A stretch of DNA of 63,349 nucleotides, the filler included, from Anaerolineae bacterium (GTDB taxonomy: Bacteria > Chloroflexota > Anaerolineae > Epilineales > Epilineaceae): assembly GCA_029262755.1 (NCBI GenBank). It is 5 parts of 5 records of this genome, joined end to end, with 100 filler letters (N's around TTAATTAATTAA, not from the genome) between each part and the next. Parts side by side here need not be neighbours in the genome. Positions count along the whole stretch, not along the records: positions 1 to 6,468 come from JAJCYU010000100.1; positions 6,569 to 19,822 come from JAJCYU010000101.1; 3 more parts are not named here. The stretch is one strand, 5' to 3'. How positions within the stretch are numbered: the stretch's first letter is position 1; each line of letters begins with the position of its first letter. Below the pieces are notes generated by a model that did no database searches, was not told the DNA's origin, and saw nothing but the letters and a program-made list of their open reading frames with translations. This document shows, in pieces, positions 1-9,189 of this stretch. Both the position numbers and the translations under genes were made by a program.

Positions 1-142
1 ATGGGTGGTGCTCATGATGGGCCTACCTCGCAGTGGATCCCACGGAGTCGTGGGGGGTCCGGACGGACCGGCTCGCGACGCCCATTCGGGTCGCCGAGGT
101 CGCCGGTCGTATCGTGGATTGCGCCATCCGGGTAGAGGATCG

Positions 143-165
143 CGCACCCCGGGGGGAGGGGGTGC
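143..165. promoter_or_regulatory. CsoR-type G/C-tract operator candidate downstream of csoR
   Basis: Minus strand reads CACCCCCTCCCCCCGGGGTGCG, resembling the sites at 507-530, 3437-3460 and 3585-3606. It lies upstream of a possible minus-strand ATG at 15 with GAGGT RBS. Confidence 0.55.
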
Positions 166-174
166 TGCGTCGGC

Positions 175-459
175 TCAGCCGCGGCTGCTTGCCGTGGCCT
201 GGAAGACTTCCATGATCTCGCTGATCACGCGTTCCTGCTCGGCGGGCTCGCCGCTACGCACGGCGTTGACCACGCACGAGTTGAGGTGATCCTCCAAAAT
301 CAGCTGACCCGTCCGCTCCAAGGCCGACTGCACGGCGCGGATCTGCTGGAGGATGTCCATGCAGTAGGCGCTTTCGTCACTCATGCGCTGGATGCCTCGG
401 ACATGCCCCTCGATGCTCTTGAGCCTTCGCTGGACGGCCGTCTTGTTCGCGTCGTTCAT
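175..459 (-). CDS. csoR: CsoR/RcnR family copper-sensing repressor
   Basis: 94 aa from ATG 459: RLKSIEGHVRGI, YCMDILQQIRAV, DHLNSCV (Cys...His-x3-Cys Cu(I) ligands). Located in a copper gene cluster. Confidence 0.93.
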   Translation of the reverse strand: MNDANKTAVQRRLKSIEGHVRGIQRMSDESAYCMDILQQIRAVQSALERTGQLILEDHLNSCVVNAVRSGEPAEQERVISEIMEVFQATASSRG

Positions 460-506
460 GATCGCTCTCCATGCTGTTCGAGATTGCTGGTTTCGTCCGT
501 CCAGTT

Positions 507-560
507 GACCCCTCCCCAGGGGGGTAGGGATATTGTACGTGGCCCGATGACTGACGTCAA
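507..560 (-). promoter_or_regulatory. sigma70-type promoter of csoR with adjacent CsoR-like operator
   Basis: TTGACG(560-555)-17 nt-TACAAT(537-532), then CCCTACCCCCCTGGGGAGGGG across the expected start site. Confidence 0.8.
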
Positions 561-1555
561 CCCCCGTCTTCACCGCTTTCGTCGCCCTCCCCACCGCCCT
601 CGTCATGACCGTGGTCGTCGTCCGCACCCTCGTCATGCCCGTGATCGTCCTCGCCCGCGCCTTCGCCTTCTTCGTCCCCGGCGCCCATCTCTCCCATCGA
701 GTCCTCGTCCATGCCCTCGTCATGCTCGTCCGCGTGGTCGTCGCCGCCGGTCGCCGCCGCAGCCGCGGCGGCGTCGGAGGCCGCGAGGATCTCCTGCGTG
801 ATGCGCAGCACATCGGCCGGGCTGCAATCGCCCATGATCGTGGTGTTCATCGCGTGGCAGGCCATGCCCTTCATGGCGTCGGGATCGTAGGTGATATCCG
901 CCGCGCGAATCGTGATGTCCACCGGATCGCCGACGACGTCGATATCGAGGATCATGCCGGACTCGAAGTGTCCGGGCAGGTGGCAAGCCAGCTCCATCTC
1001 GGCGGGCTCGGTGAAGATCAGATCGCGCTCCACGATGCGGCCCGGCTCGAGCGTCTCGCCGCTCACGAAGAGCATCTGGTTGCCGTGATCGTGCATCTCG
1101 GCGCCGTGCATGCCGCCCATCGCGGCCATCGCGGTCTCCGACTCACCGCGCGGCAAGACGCGCAGCTCGTGCGAGATGACGCCGGTGTCGGCGATCACGA
1201 GGCGGTAGGGCACGCCGGTCTGGAAAGTGGTGTGCGTCGTCGTGATGGCGTACTCAGAGAGCGTTACGCGCACGATCTCGCGACCGTCCGGGGTCATCGT
1301 CTCGAGCTCGGCCTCCGGCTCCGCCATGTCGTCCGCGGCCATCGGCTCCCCGCCGCCGGCTTCGCTTTGTGGGTCCCCGTGCTCCATTTCGGATGAGCCC
1401 TCCATGACGGTGGGCGCGTCGTTTTCGGTGTCCGCCGGTGGCTGGGTGCAGCCGGCTAGCACGGGCACGACCAGCAGCGAAAGGGCAAGCAAAAGAGCGG
1501 ATCGCCGGATGGGGCGATGTAGCACGGGGACGGATCGTAGGGTGTCGGTGTTCAC
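557..1555 (-). CDS. Cupredoxin (plastocyanin/azurin-like) lipoprotein with CHxM-MGDC module and His/acidic tail
   Basis: GTG 1555 with AGGAG RBS; lipobox VLAG-C; SHEL and ACHLPGHFESGM type-1 Cu motif; C-terminal DDHGHDE repeats. Confidence 0.85.
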   Translation of the reverse strand: MNTDTLRSVPVLHRPIRRSALLLALSLLVVPVLAGCTQPPADTENDAPTVMEGSSEMEHGDPQSEAGGGEPMAADDMAEPEAELETMTPDGREIVRVTLSEYAITTTHTTFQTGVPYRLVIADTGVISHELRVLPRGESETAMAAMGGMHGAEMHDHGNQMLFVSGETLEPGRIVERDLIFTEPAEMELACHLPGHFESGMILDIDVVGDPVDITIRAADITYDPDAMKGMACHAMNTTIMGDCSPADVLRITQEILAASDAAAAAAATGGDDHADEHDEGMDEDSMGEMGAGDEEGEGAGEDDHGHDEGADDDHGHDEGGGEGDESGEDGG

Positions 1556-1655
1556 GATTTCTCCTGGACGGGCGGGGACGGCGCTCGCCGGGGCGATGCG
1601 CGCATGGAGCGACCGCACCGCCATGTGGCGGTACGGTCGCACGTTCGGATCAGGC

Positions 1656-1865
1656 TTAGCGGGCGGGCGGGTAGTCCCACTCCGTCATGCACGCCACGAT
1701 CTGCTCGACGGTGGCCGGCGACGCGTAGCGAATCGTGACCTGCTTGGCATCGGGATCGCCTTGTACATCGGAGACGCCGCTGACCTCGTTGGATACGACG
1801 CGCTTGATGTTGGCCACGCAGTGGTCGCAGCTGATGGCGGGCACGTCCAGGGTGATGGTTTCCAT
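1656..1865 (-). CDS. copZ: CopZ-like heavy-metal-associated (HMA) copper chaperone
   Basis: 69 aa, AISCDHC CxxC motif and C-terminal DY; GAGG RBS. Confidence 0.88.
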   Translation of the reverse strand: METITLDVPAISCDHCVANIKRVVSNEVSGVSDVQGDPDAKQVTIRYASPATVEQIVACMTEWDYPPAR

Positions 1866-1955
1866 GGGTTGTTCCTCGTTGGCTTGCGGAGGCGAACCAC
1901 GATGCGGTTCGGACTTCAGGGAAATGTGGCGGCTGTCGGGATCGAACCCGTGGCC

Positions 1956-2177
1956 TCAGGTCTCGAGCACTGTGTATCCGGCGCCGACGATGGCGGCGCG
2001 GATGGCACTCTCGTCCACGCGAGTCGGGTCGAAGGCCACCTGGGTGTGGCCCTTGGCGTAGGAGGTCGATGCCTCCGCGACGCCGTCGAGATCTTCGAGC
2101 GCCCAATCGACGCTCATGGCGCACGAGGCGCAGTGCATGCCTTGGATGGAATAGAGCTTCTTTACGACGTCACTCAT
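1956..2177 (-). CDS. Second HMA-domain metal chaperone (CopZ-like)
   Basis: 73 aa, GMHCASC motif, C-terminal AGY; GAGGTG RBS. Confidence 0.88.
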   Translation of the reverse strand: MSDVVKKLYSIQGMHCASCAMSVDWALEDLDGVAEASTSYAKGHTQVAFDPTRVDESAIRAAIVGAGYTVLET

Positions 2178-2190
2178 CGAATCACCTCAC

Positions 2191-3393
2191 TCATTGGACC
2201 ACTTCGATTGCGCCACTGTACATGGCCATACCACAGGCGAAGATGTAGTCACCGGGCGTTGCGGCCGGAAGCTCGATGACCTCGGCGCCGGTGATGGGCA
2301 GGACCGCGTCGATGCCCATCTGCGGGATCGTGAAGGCGCGGGTGCAGCCGACGATCCCGTCCGTCACGAGATTCAAACGGGTGGGAAGATCGGCCTGGAG
2401 GCGCAAGCGCGCCGGCTCGTAGGAAGTCTCGAGCACGTTGACCGTCACTTCCTGCCAGGCCGGTAGCCCCGCATCGTCCATGATGACCGCCGCATGGACG
2501 GCCTCTCCTCTCACCCACGAGGCGCCGAAACCGAGTAGCCGAGCGCCGGAAAGCATCGATAGCGCCGCGACGACCACGATCATCGTGGCAGCGATCGGCT
2601 GGAAGACGCGGAAGGCGGAGCGGGACAAGCGGGTTGCCAGAAGCGCCAGCGCCAGGAAGAGCGGCGACGTACCGAGCGTGAACGCAGCCATGATGGCAGC
2701 ACCGCGAGCCGGGCTCTCCGAGGCGATCGCGAGGCCCTCCATCGCGAGCGTCACGCCGCAGGGAATCGCAACGGTCAGCGCGCCGAGAAAGAGCGGGCCC
2801 ATCGCGCTGTCCTGCCGCGTCTGCTTGCGGATGTAGCGTTGGACCCGCTTGGGCGGGGTGAAGCTCAAGCGGCGGAACACGGGGTGGACGTCGAACATCT
2901 GGAAGACGACCACGATCATGAACAGACCAACCGCGATGAGCAGCCCGCCCTGCAGCGAGGGCGAGATCTTGGATCCGACCAGGCCGAGCAGGGCGCCGAG
3001 CGCCGTATACGCGACGAGCTTGGCGCCCAGAAACGCGGTGATCGGCACGATCTGGCTCGCTTCGATCCCCGCATCGCGTAGCCGGGACTCCCGCTGCGCG
3101 ATCATGGCCGCCAGCAGCCCGCCCTGCACCGCCATGCAGCTGAGCCCACCGATGGAGAGGCCGGCAAAGAAGATCAGGCCCAAGCTCGCGCTCTCGTCGA
3201 TGGCCGGCATGGCGGGGAGGGAGACTCGGCCCGTGCCTAGGCCGACAAGCAGGGCGACTGCGGTCACGGCCAACGCGACAAGCAGGCCGAGCTTTCCATT
3301 CGACATCCGGGTGCCCGGCCGCCCAGTGGCCTCGTTCTCCGAAGGCGTCACCGCCGCTTCGCGGCCCGACGGTTCGGGTTGGGACATAGACAT
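2191..3393 (-). CDS. DsbD_2/TauE-like membrane protein fused to a C-terminal cupredoxin-like domain
   Basis: Multiple TM helices with GLSCMAVQGG and IPCG membrane Cys motifs; C-terminal GC...FACGMAMYSG. Start chosen at 3393 (GGAG RBS); 3408 or 3387 also possible. Confidence 0.8.
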   Translation of the reverse strand: MSMSQPEPSGREAAVTPSENEATGRPGTRMSNGKLGLLVALAVTAVALLVGLGTGRVSLPAMPAIDESASLGLIFFAGLSIGGLSCMAVQGGLLAAMIAQRESRLRDAGIEASQIVPITAFLGAKLVAYTALGALLGLVGSKISPSLQGGLLIAVGLFMIVVVFQMFDVHPVFRRLSFTPPKRVQRYIRKQTRQDSAMGPLFLGALTVAIPCGVTLAMEGLAIASESPARGAAIMAAFTLGTSPLFLALALLATRLSRSAFRVFQPIAATMIVVVAALSMLSGARLLGFGASWVRGEAVHAAVIMDDAGLPAWQEVTVNVLETSYEPARLRLQADLPTRLNLVTDGIVGCTRAFTIPQMGIDAVLPITGAEVIELPAATPGDYIFACGMAMYSGAIEVVQ

Positions 3394-3436
3394 GGCACGT
3401 TGCTCCATAGTGGATAGGCGATGCGGCCGAGGAGGG

Positions 3437-3489
3437 GTCCCTCCCCCGGGGGGCTGGGCCAGCATAGGATCTGCGCCGACGAATGTCAA
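3437..3489 (-). promoter_or_regulatory. sigma70-type promoter plus CsoR-like operator for the leftward copper operon
   Basis: TTGACA(3489-3484)-17 nt-TATGCT(3466-3461), then CCCAGCCCCCCGGGGGAGGG. Confidence 0.8.
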
Positions 3490-3549
3490 CGAAAATGCGG
3501 CAGGATTCACGTGATGCTCATGCAGCAACGACAACCCTTCGTCGGACTT

Positions 3550-3606
3550 TTGACATCCGACCGATGGCTCGGCTATCCTCCCGCGCCACCCTGGGGGGGA
3601 GGGGTT
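3550..3606 (+). promoter_or_regulatory. sigma70-type promoter plus CsoR-like operator for the rightward lipoprotein gene
   Basis: TTGACA(3550-3555)-18 nt-TATCCT(3574-3579), then CCACCCTGGGGGGGAGGGG. Confidence 0.7.
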
Positions 3607-3725
3607 GAACCCCATCACTTGGGGTGCATCGAAGGCGGTCAGCGCATCACGTCGGCCGCGTTCAGCACCGTTGTCATAGTCCGTGTGGCTACCCCGTGCT
3701 ACGCGGCATTCCTAGGAGGCATTGC

Positions 3726-4121
3726 ATGCAGACCCTGATTCGCGGACGACTTCCCCTTGCATTCCTTTTCCTTGCCACGCTGACCCTGGCTGCGTGCGGT
3801 GGCAGCGAAGCGCCCGCCGATACCGCGGACGGCGGCTCACGCATCACCGGCGAGGTCACGGGCGATATCATCACCGTCGATACCGGCCAGATGGCCGACC
3901 TGCCCTGCCACGCCATGGACAACACGATCATGGGCGCCTGTTCCGAAGAAGACGTCACCGCGATCCTCGGCGAGATGGGCGTGGACGCAGAGAGCGTCAT
4001 CCTGGTCGATGCGCAGACGATGAGCGACGAAATTTGCCACGTCATGTCCGACATGATCATGGGCGATTGCTCCGAGGCGGATATCGAGCGTCTCGCCGCG
4101 GAGATGCGCGCAAACCGCTAA
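3726..4121 (+). CDS. Small lipoprotein made of two CHxM-MGxC modules (putative copper-binding protein)
   Basis: AGGAGG RBS, ATG 3726, lipobox LAA-C; PCHAMDNTIMGAC and ICHVMSDMIMGDC repeats. Confidence 0.8.
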   Translation: MQTLIRGRLPLAFLFLATLTLAACGGSEAPADTADGGSRITGEVTGDIITVDTGQMADLPCHAMDNTIMGACSEEDVTAILGEMGVDAESVILVDAQTMSDEICHVMSDMIMGDCSEADIERLAAEMRANR

Positions 4122-4168
4122 GCCGCGTTTGCGTTCGATCGCGCGAAGCGACGCGATCGGAAGGCGTG

Positions 4169-4226
4169 AAGCGAGCCCCCGACGGCCGACCCGAAAGGGT
4201 CGGGTGGTCGGGGGCTCGCTTTTTTC
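4169..4226 (+). terminator. Rho-independent terminator between convergent genes
   Basis: AAGCGAGCCCCCGAC...GTCGGGGGCTCGCTT outer stem, inner CCGACCC-GAAA-GGGTCGG hairpin, followed by a T-run. Confidence 0.85.
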
Positions 4227-4292
4227 TCGCGTGCTACTCATCTCGACCGAATCCGGCCCGCGGACATGCGAATCGGGTTCGCAGACGCGGAC

Positions 4293-6468
4293 CTAGTTCC
4301 CTGGCGTGACGATGAACTGGTACATCATGCCCGTCTCGAGGTGCTCGGCGATGTGACAGTGCACCATCCACGCGCCGGGGTTGGTGACCTCCATCAGGAT
4401 GTCGACCGTGGTGCCGATGGGCATCAGGAAGACGTCCTTCCAGACGGGGTTGTCGTTGCGCACGCCGTCCGTCGCCAGGACGACGAAGCGCTGACCGTGG
4501 ATGTGGATCGGGTGCTGCATCGGGTGCACGCTGTCCGGTAGATTGCTCCACCGCATCTTGATCACGTCGCCCGTCTTGTAGGCATACGCGAGCGCATGGT
4601 TCTCGGCGCCGGTTTCCCGGTCACGGATAATCCACTCCACATCGACCTTGCCCTTGGCCTGCCGGTTGGCGGCGAGCATGTCGTCCTCCCACTCGAGCCC
4701 CCCGACGTGGCCGCCGTCCTCGTCCTCGGCGTGGTCGCCGTCCGCCTCGTCCTCGTCCTCATCATGGTCGCCGTCGCCGTCGCCCGTGGCGTCTTCGACC
4801 TCGTCGTGATCCTCGTCCTCATCTGCCGAAGACGCGCCGGCGTCGGGATCGACCTGCTCCTCGTCGCCCTCCAGCCGGCCCTCCATGACCAGTCCGGGCA
4901 CGCGGACGTCGATGTCGATGAAGGCATCGGGCGGGGTGTCGAACCAGGCCTCGAACTGGGCTACGTCCAGCATCACGTCGCTGTTGACGCGTTCCTTGGC
5001 AAACGCGAGCGTCGGTCCATCGTTGGCGACCCGGCTCCGACCTACCTCGACGCGGCCGACGATGTACTCGCGATCCGGCGTGTCGTGCAGGATGCGATAG
5101 GTCCGCTCTTCCTCGAAGAGGACCTCGACGGTGTAGCGCTCCGCGGGCGCGATCACGATCTCATCGACGAAGCGCTCGATCGTGTACTTGCCCATGTCGC
5201 TGCCGACCATGCGGATCGGCGCGCCGTCGAAGGACAGCGCGAAGGGTCGCACGTTGGCCACGTTGGCGATATGAAAGCGGACGACCTCGCCGCGTTTTGC
5301 CGGTAGTCGGAAATCCGTCTCGCCGTTGACCAACATGGTGTTGCCGAAGCGGCCCATGATCGCGAAGTTCGCGTGCTCGCTGCCGAAGCGGACGATCTTG
5401 TCATCCTCGATCAACACATCATCGACGATCAAGACCTCCTCGCGATGCACGGCGCGGTAGTACTCGGAACGCGTCGGCTCGACGATCATCATGCCCGACA
5501 TGCCCGCGTCCTGCTGGATGTCTTCGCGCACGTGCGGGTGATACCAATACGGCCCGGCATCGGGGAAGCGCAGCGTGTACTGCCAGTTGCCGCCGGGCTG
5601 GATAGCAGGCTGCGTGACGCCGGGCACTCCGTCGTGCGCGTTGTCGTGCCGCAGGCCGTGCCAGTGGATCGTGGTCGGCATGTCGATCTGATTGTGGAAG
5701 TCGACCGTGATCGAAGAGCCTTGCTCCACCCGGAGCAACGGGCCCGGGATCTGTCCGTTGTAGCCGTAGCCCATGACCTCGCGGCCGTCGATCGTCCAAG
5801 TCACCAGCTGCGCGTCCATTGAGATTTGCGCCCCGTCCGCGAGGTCGAGCGTCTGCATCGGCTGTCGCGGTACCGCGCGCAACTCCGGACCGTTTTCGCC
5901 GGGCGCGAAGCCCGGATCCACTTCGCGTGCCGTGAAGGCGCCGCCGGCTTCGTCGGGGGCCCGCATGGCAAGCACCTCCGCAGAAACCCGGACGATGTCG
6001 TCGTCCGTGCAGTCGCCCATGACGATGTCGAACATGGCGTGGCAGGGAAGGTCGGCCATAGCGCTCAAGTCGACCGTCAGGCCGACGTCCTCGAGTGCGG
6101 CGACGAGGTCGTCCTCCGCCTCCAAGCGCGCGGCGATCTCGTCGGCGTCGCCGACGAACGCCGCGGCGCCGCCGTTCGCGCTCGACCCACCCGATGCGCG
6201 CGCGTCGCCCGCACCCGACGACCCGCCGTCACCCGCGCGTCGGTCGAGGATCTCCTGCACCATCTCGTCGACGTCCTCCGCCGAGCACTCACCCATGATG
6301 ATGTCGCGATCCTCGTCGGGATCGTTCATGCGGTGGCAAGGGAAGTCCGTCATGTCTTCCTGGTTGACCTCGATCCCCTCGTCCTCGGCCGCCGCGATGG
6401 ACTCGTCGAGCGCCGAGTCGGCGGCTTCGCTATCGGATCCGTCAAACAGTCCTTCGAAAAAGCCCGGC
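4293..6468 (-). CDS. Multicopper oxidase (CueO/CopA-like), 5' end truncated by contig gap
   Basis: HWHG, WYHPH, HPIHIHG and HCHIAEHLETGM motifs. Frame is open to the gap. N-terminal extension has two CHxM-MGxC modules; there is an internal His/acidic insertion. Confidence 0.93.
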
Positions 6469-6568
6469 NNNNNNNNNNNNNNNNNNNNNNNNNNNNNNNN
6501 NNNNNNNNNNNNTTAATTAATTAANNNNNNNNNNNNNNNNNNNNNNNNNNNNNNNNNNNNNNNNNNNN
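6469..6568. other. Artificial contig spacer
   Basis: N-run/TTAATTAATTAA/N-run, giving stops in all six frames. Confidence 0.98.
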
Positions 6569-7630
6569 GCCGTCGACTCGCTTGCCGGGCCCGCGATGCC
6601 GGAGGTCGGACTGCTGTCGCGCCACGGCGACGCGCCCGCCGTGCCGCCGGCCACCAGCCGCGGCCTCGGCATACCTGCGCTCCGGCCGGAGCGCCGCCTC
6701 GTGCCGCGCGAGGCCGCCCAGGAGCGCCTCTTCGACGAGCTCGCCGCGTGGTCGACGCCGCCCGTGGACGCGCCACCGGAGCGGGTCGACGACCTCGAGG
6801 TCTACGCCGATCTGGCGGAACGACTGGATGCACGCCCCGGCCCCACGCGGGCCAATGATCTGATCGAGGCCTGCCTGAGCCATCCGCGGCGCTTGACGCG
6901 GGTCGCTGCCGCAACGGCGCACTTGCTGCGCGGGCAGGAGCTCACGGTCGATCTTTTGGCGCCGTTGGTCGATGGTACGCGCAGCGGGCACGCCATGACC
7001 CGTGCGCTTGCGGGACAGGCCCTCGCGCGCTTTGCGCCCTCTCACGCCCGCCTGGCCGATCTCGTCGCGCCGGGACGGCCCCGGCGGCCCGGCGATGCGA
7101 CCCACAGCAGCCATCTCCTGCACGGCACCTTCGCGCGCGCCCACGCCTGGTGGCAGGCGGGCGGCGACTTTCACGAACACCTGCGCACGGGCCCGCGACC
7201 CGACGTCTACGGCGCGCCGGATCGCTTCGAATGGTCGGGCGGTTACTCGGACGAAGCGCGCCGTATCGGCGCGATGGAACTCGTCGCGTGGGCAGCCGCG
7301 CGCCACAGAGGCGACGACGATTGGTTCGGTCACAGCCATGGTGGCAACGTGTTGTTGCTCGCGACCCGCCACGGTTTCGGCGCGCGGCAGGTGCTGCTGC
7401 TGAGCACGCCCGCGATGAAGCGCTACGTGCCCGCCTTCGATGCCGTGGCCAGCATCAAGGCCATTCGCGTGTGGTTCGACCCCGTGGTGCTCGTGGCCGG
7501 TGGCGCCCAATCCTTCGGCGACGCGCGCATCGAGGAGCGGGTAATTCCCGGCGTGGACCACGGCGCGACGCACGAGCCGGGGGTGTGGCGGCGGCACGGG
7601 CTCGATGCCTTTGTCGGACCGGCTCGCTAG
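6569..7630 (+). CDS. Alpha/beta-hydrolase-fold protein, probably 5' truncated
   Basis: LLHGTF and GHSHGG nucleophile-elbow motif; late His (DHGATH). Frame is open from the contig start. Confidence 0.7.
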   Translation, partial: AVDSLAGPAMPEVGLLSRHGDAPAVPPATSRGLGIPALRPERRLVPREAAQERLFDELAAWSTPPVDAPPERVDDLEVYADLAERLDARPGPTRANDLIEACLSHPRRLTRVAAATAHLLRGQELTVDLLAPLVDGTRSGHAMTRALAGQALARFAPSHARLADLVAPGRPRRPGDATHSSHLLHGTFARAHAWWQAGGDFHEHLRTGPRPDVYGAPDRFEWSGGYSDEARRIGAMELVAWAAARHRGDDDWFGHSHGGNVLLLATRHGFGARQVLLLSTPAMKRYVPAFDAVASIKAIRVWFDPVVLVAGGAQSFGDARIEERVIPGVDHGATHEPGVWRRHGLDAFVGPAR

Positions 7631-7635
7631 CGCCT

Positions 7636-8016
7636 GTGCAATCCCTGCGCGTTGCGCGGTTGTTGCTGGTGGGCGCGTGGTGGCGCTTGAGTGGCTCCGC
7701 GAGGGCGGGGCGCACGCTTGTCCGCGGTCTGGCCGGAGGCCGCGAGCGCGAGCAGGTGGTTGCCGGCATGATCCTCGGCGCGTCAGGCGAGCGTGCGCAA
7801 GCGCTCTTGCGCGCGGAGATCGCGGCGGGTGACCCGGCGCCGAACATCGTGACCTTGCTCGGTGACGTCGGAGACACCGGACGGTCGGATGACCAGGACG
7901 TGCTGCAAGCGCTGGCCGAGCAGTCCGAGGATGTGGGCACGCGCCGTGCGGCGGTGGACGCGCTGCGCGTGCTGCGGCTGCGGGGTAAGCCGGCCGACGA
8001 GGACGCGGCGCAGTAG
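7636..8016 (+). CDS. Hypothetical helical (HEAT-like) protein
   Basis: GTG 5 nt after the hydrolase stop; ends with TRRAAVDALRVL HEAT-like helix. Confidence 0.55.
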   Translation: MQSLRVARLLLVGAWWRLSGSARAGRTLVRGLAGGREREQVVAGMILGASGERAQALLRAEIAAGDPAPNIVTLLGDVGDTGRSDDQDVLQALAEQSEDVGTRRAAVDALRVLRLRGKPADEDAAQ

Positions 8017-8232
8017 CGAGATCGGGACGTGTAGTACGGTGCCTCCAGCGCACTGCGTTGGGCTCTCCAGGTCATTCCCTGTGGCGCTCCAGCGTAGCGG
8101 CCGGATACGTAGTCCGCCGGTGAACAATCCAAGCCTACGCACGCGTGTCCACGTCGAACGCGCCGCTACTCCCAGGGCCGGGCGCCGTTCGTCGATCGTC
8201 CTCGTAGGCGTTGTTCAGGGGCGCGGACGGCC

Positions 8233-9189
8233 TCAGTCCCCGGAAATGCGGAACGCCTGCACGACGAACACGGTGATGAGGACGATGACGAGCGCTTGCG
8301 CCACGGCGCGCGCCCAACTCGCAGGCATGCTGCGGCGCGCCGGCGGGGGCTCGTCCGCGGGAGGCAAGAGTCCTTCATCCGTGGGACGCGGCGCTGGTGG
8401 GCCGAGCGTCGGCGGTAACGGCGCCGGTGCCGGAGGCAAGACGACGATGGGCGCCGGCACCGTCGACGACCCAGCGCGGGTAGGTAGCGGCCGCATCGTG
8501 GGCGGCGCTGCGGCGCGCATCGGGTCCGGCGGAGGCGTCCGCTCCGCTGCGCCGCGATAGGATCCAAGATCCATGACCCAAACCCAGCCATCCCACGCGG
8601 TGGGCGCGGCGCCCATGCCGACCTCGTGGTAGACGGAACTGAGGACGTTGATAGCGTGCTCTTCGTGGCCCATCCACCAGGCGAAACCCTCATCGACGGT
8701 AGTGCGCGCGACAAAATTTTCGCCGATCCATACGTTCGTCTCACCTAGCGCATACCCGGCATCCAGCACGCGTTGGCGCACCGAACGGCCGTCCAGGCCT
8801 GTATGGCTGAAGTTCTCGTTGCGCGCGATCTCCGCTGCGTGCAGGCGGGCCACACGCTCGAGGGTTGGATCGATTCGGTACGTGGGCAGGCCGGCTTCCG
8901 CGCGCGCCTGGTTGACGCGTTGGAGCATGGCGTCCGCCATCGTAGCCGGCGCAGGCTGGGCCGCGACGGGACGGACGACACCCTGACCCGCTGCGCCAAG
9001 ATCCAGCAATGCGAACAGGCCGATGCCGAGCACGACGCCCATGCGCAGGCCGAGGAACGACCGTTTCGCGCGACGTGCGAATTCAAATCGGCGCGCACGA
9101 GCAATGGCGCGAAGCGTGCGTAGGACGCGTGTCGAGAGCCGATTCCCGGCTTCTTCGTGCGGTCCACCCCGGACGCACACGGGCGTCAC
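8233..9189 (-). CDS. CAP/SCP-domain protein with Pro-rich linker and C-terminal TM anchor
   Basis: VNQARAEAGLP, FSHTG, IGEN, WMGHEEHAINVL...EVGMG. Start uncertain: GTGA overlap at 9189 or ATG 9042. Confidence 0.8.
   Translation of the reverse strand: MTPVCVRGGPHEEAGNRLSTRVLRTLRAIARARRFEFARRAKRSFLGLRMGVVLGIGLFALLDLGAAGQGVVRPVAAQPAPATMADAMLQRVNQARAEAGLPTYRIDPTLERVARLHAAEIARNENFSHTGLDGRSVRQRVLDAGYALGETNVWIGENFVARTTVDEGFAWWMGHEEHAINVLSSVYHEVGMGAAPTAWDGWVWVMDLGSYRGAAERTPPPDPMRAAAPPTMRPLPTRAGSSTVPAPIVVLPPAPAPLPPTLGPPAPRPTDEGLLPPADEPPPARRSMPASWARAVAQALVIVLITVFVVQAFRISGD

Noticed and set aside
1..15. Possible start (MSTTH) of a minus-strand gene with GAGGT RBS, perhaps a copper P-type ATPase
   Set aside because: Only five codons visible; product cannot be supported.
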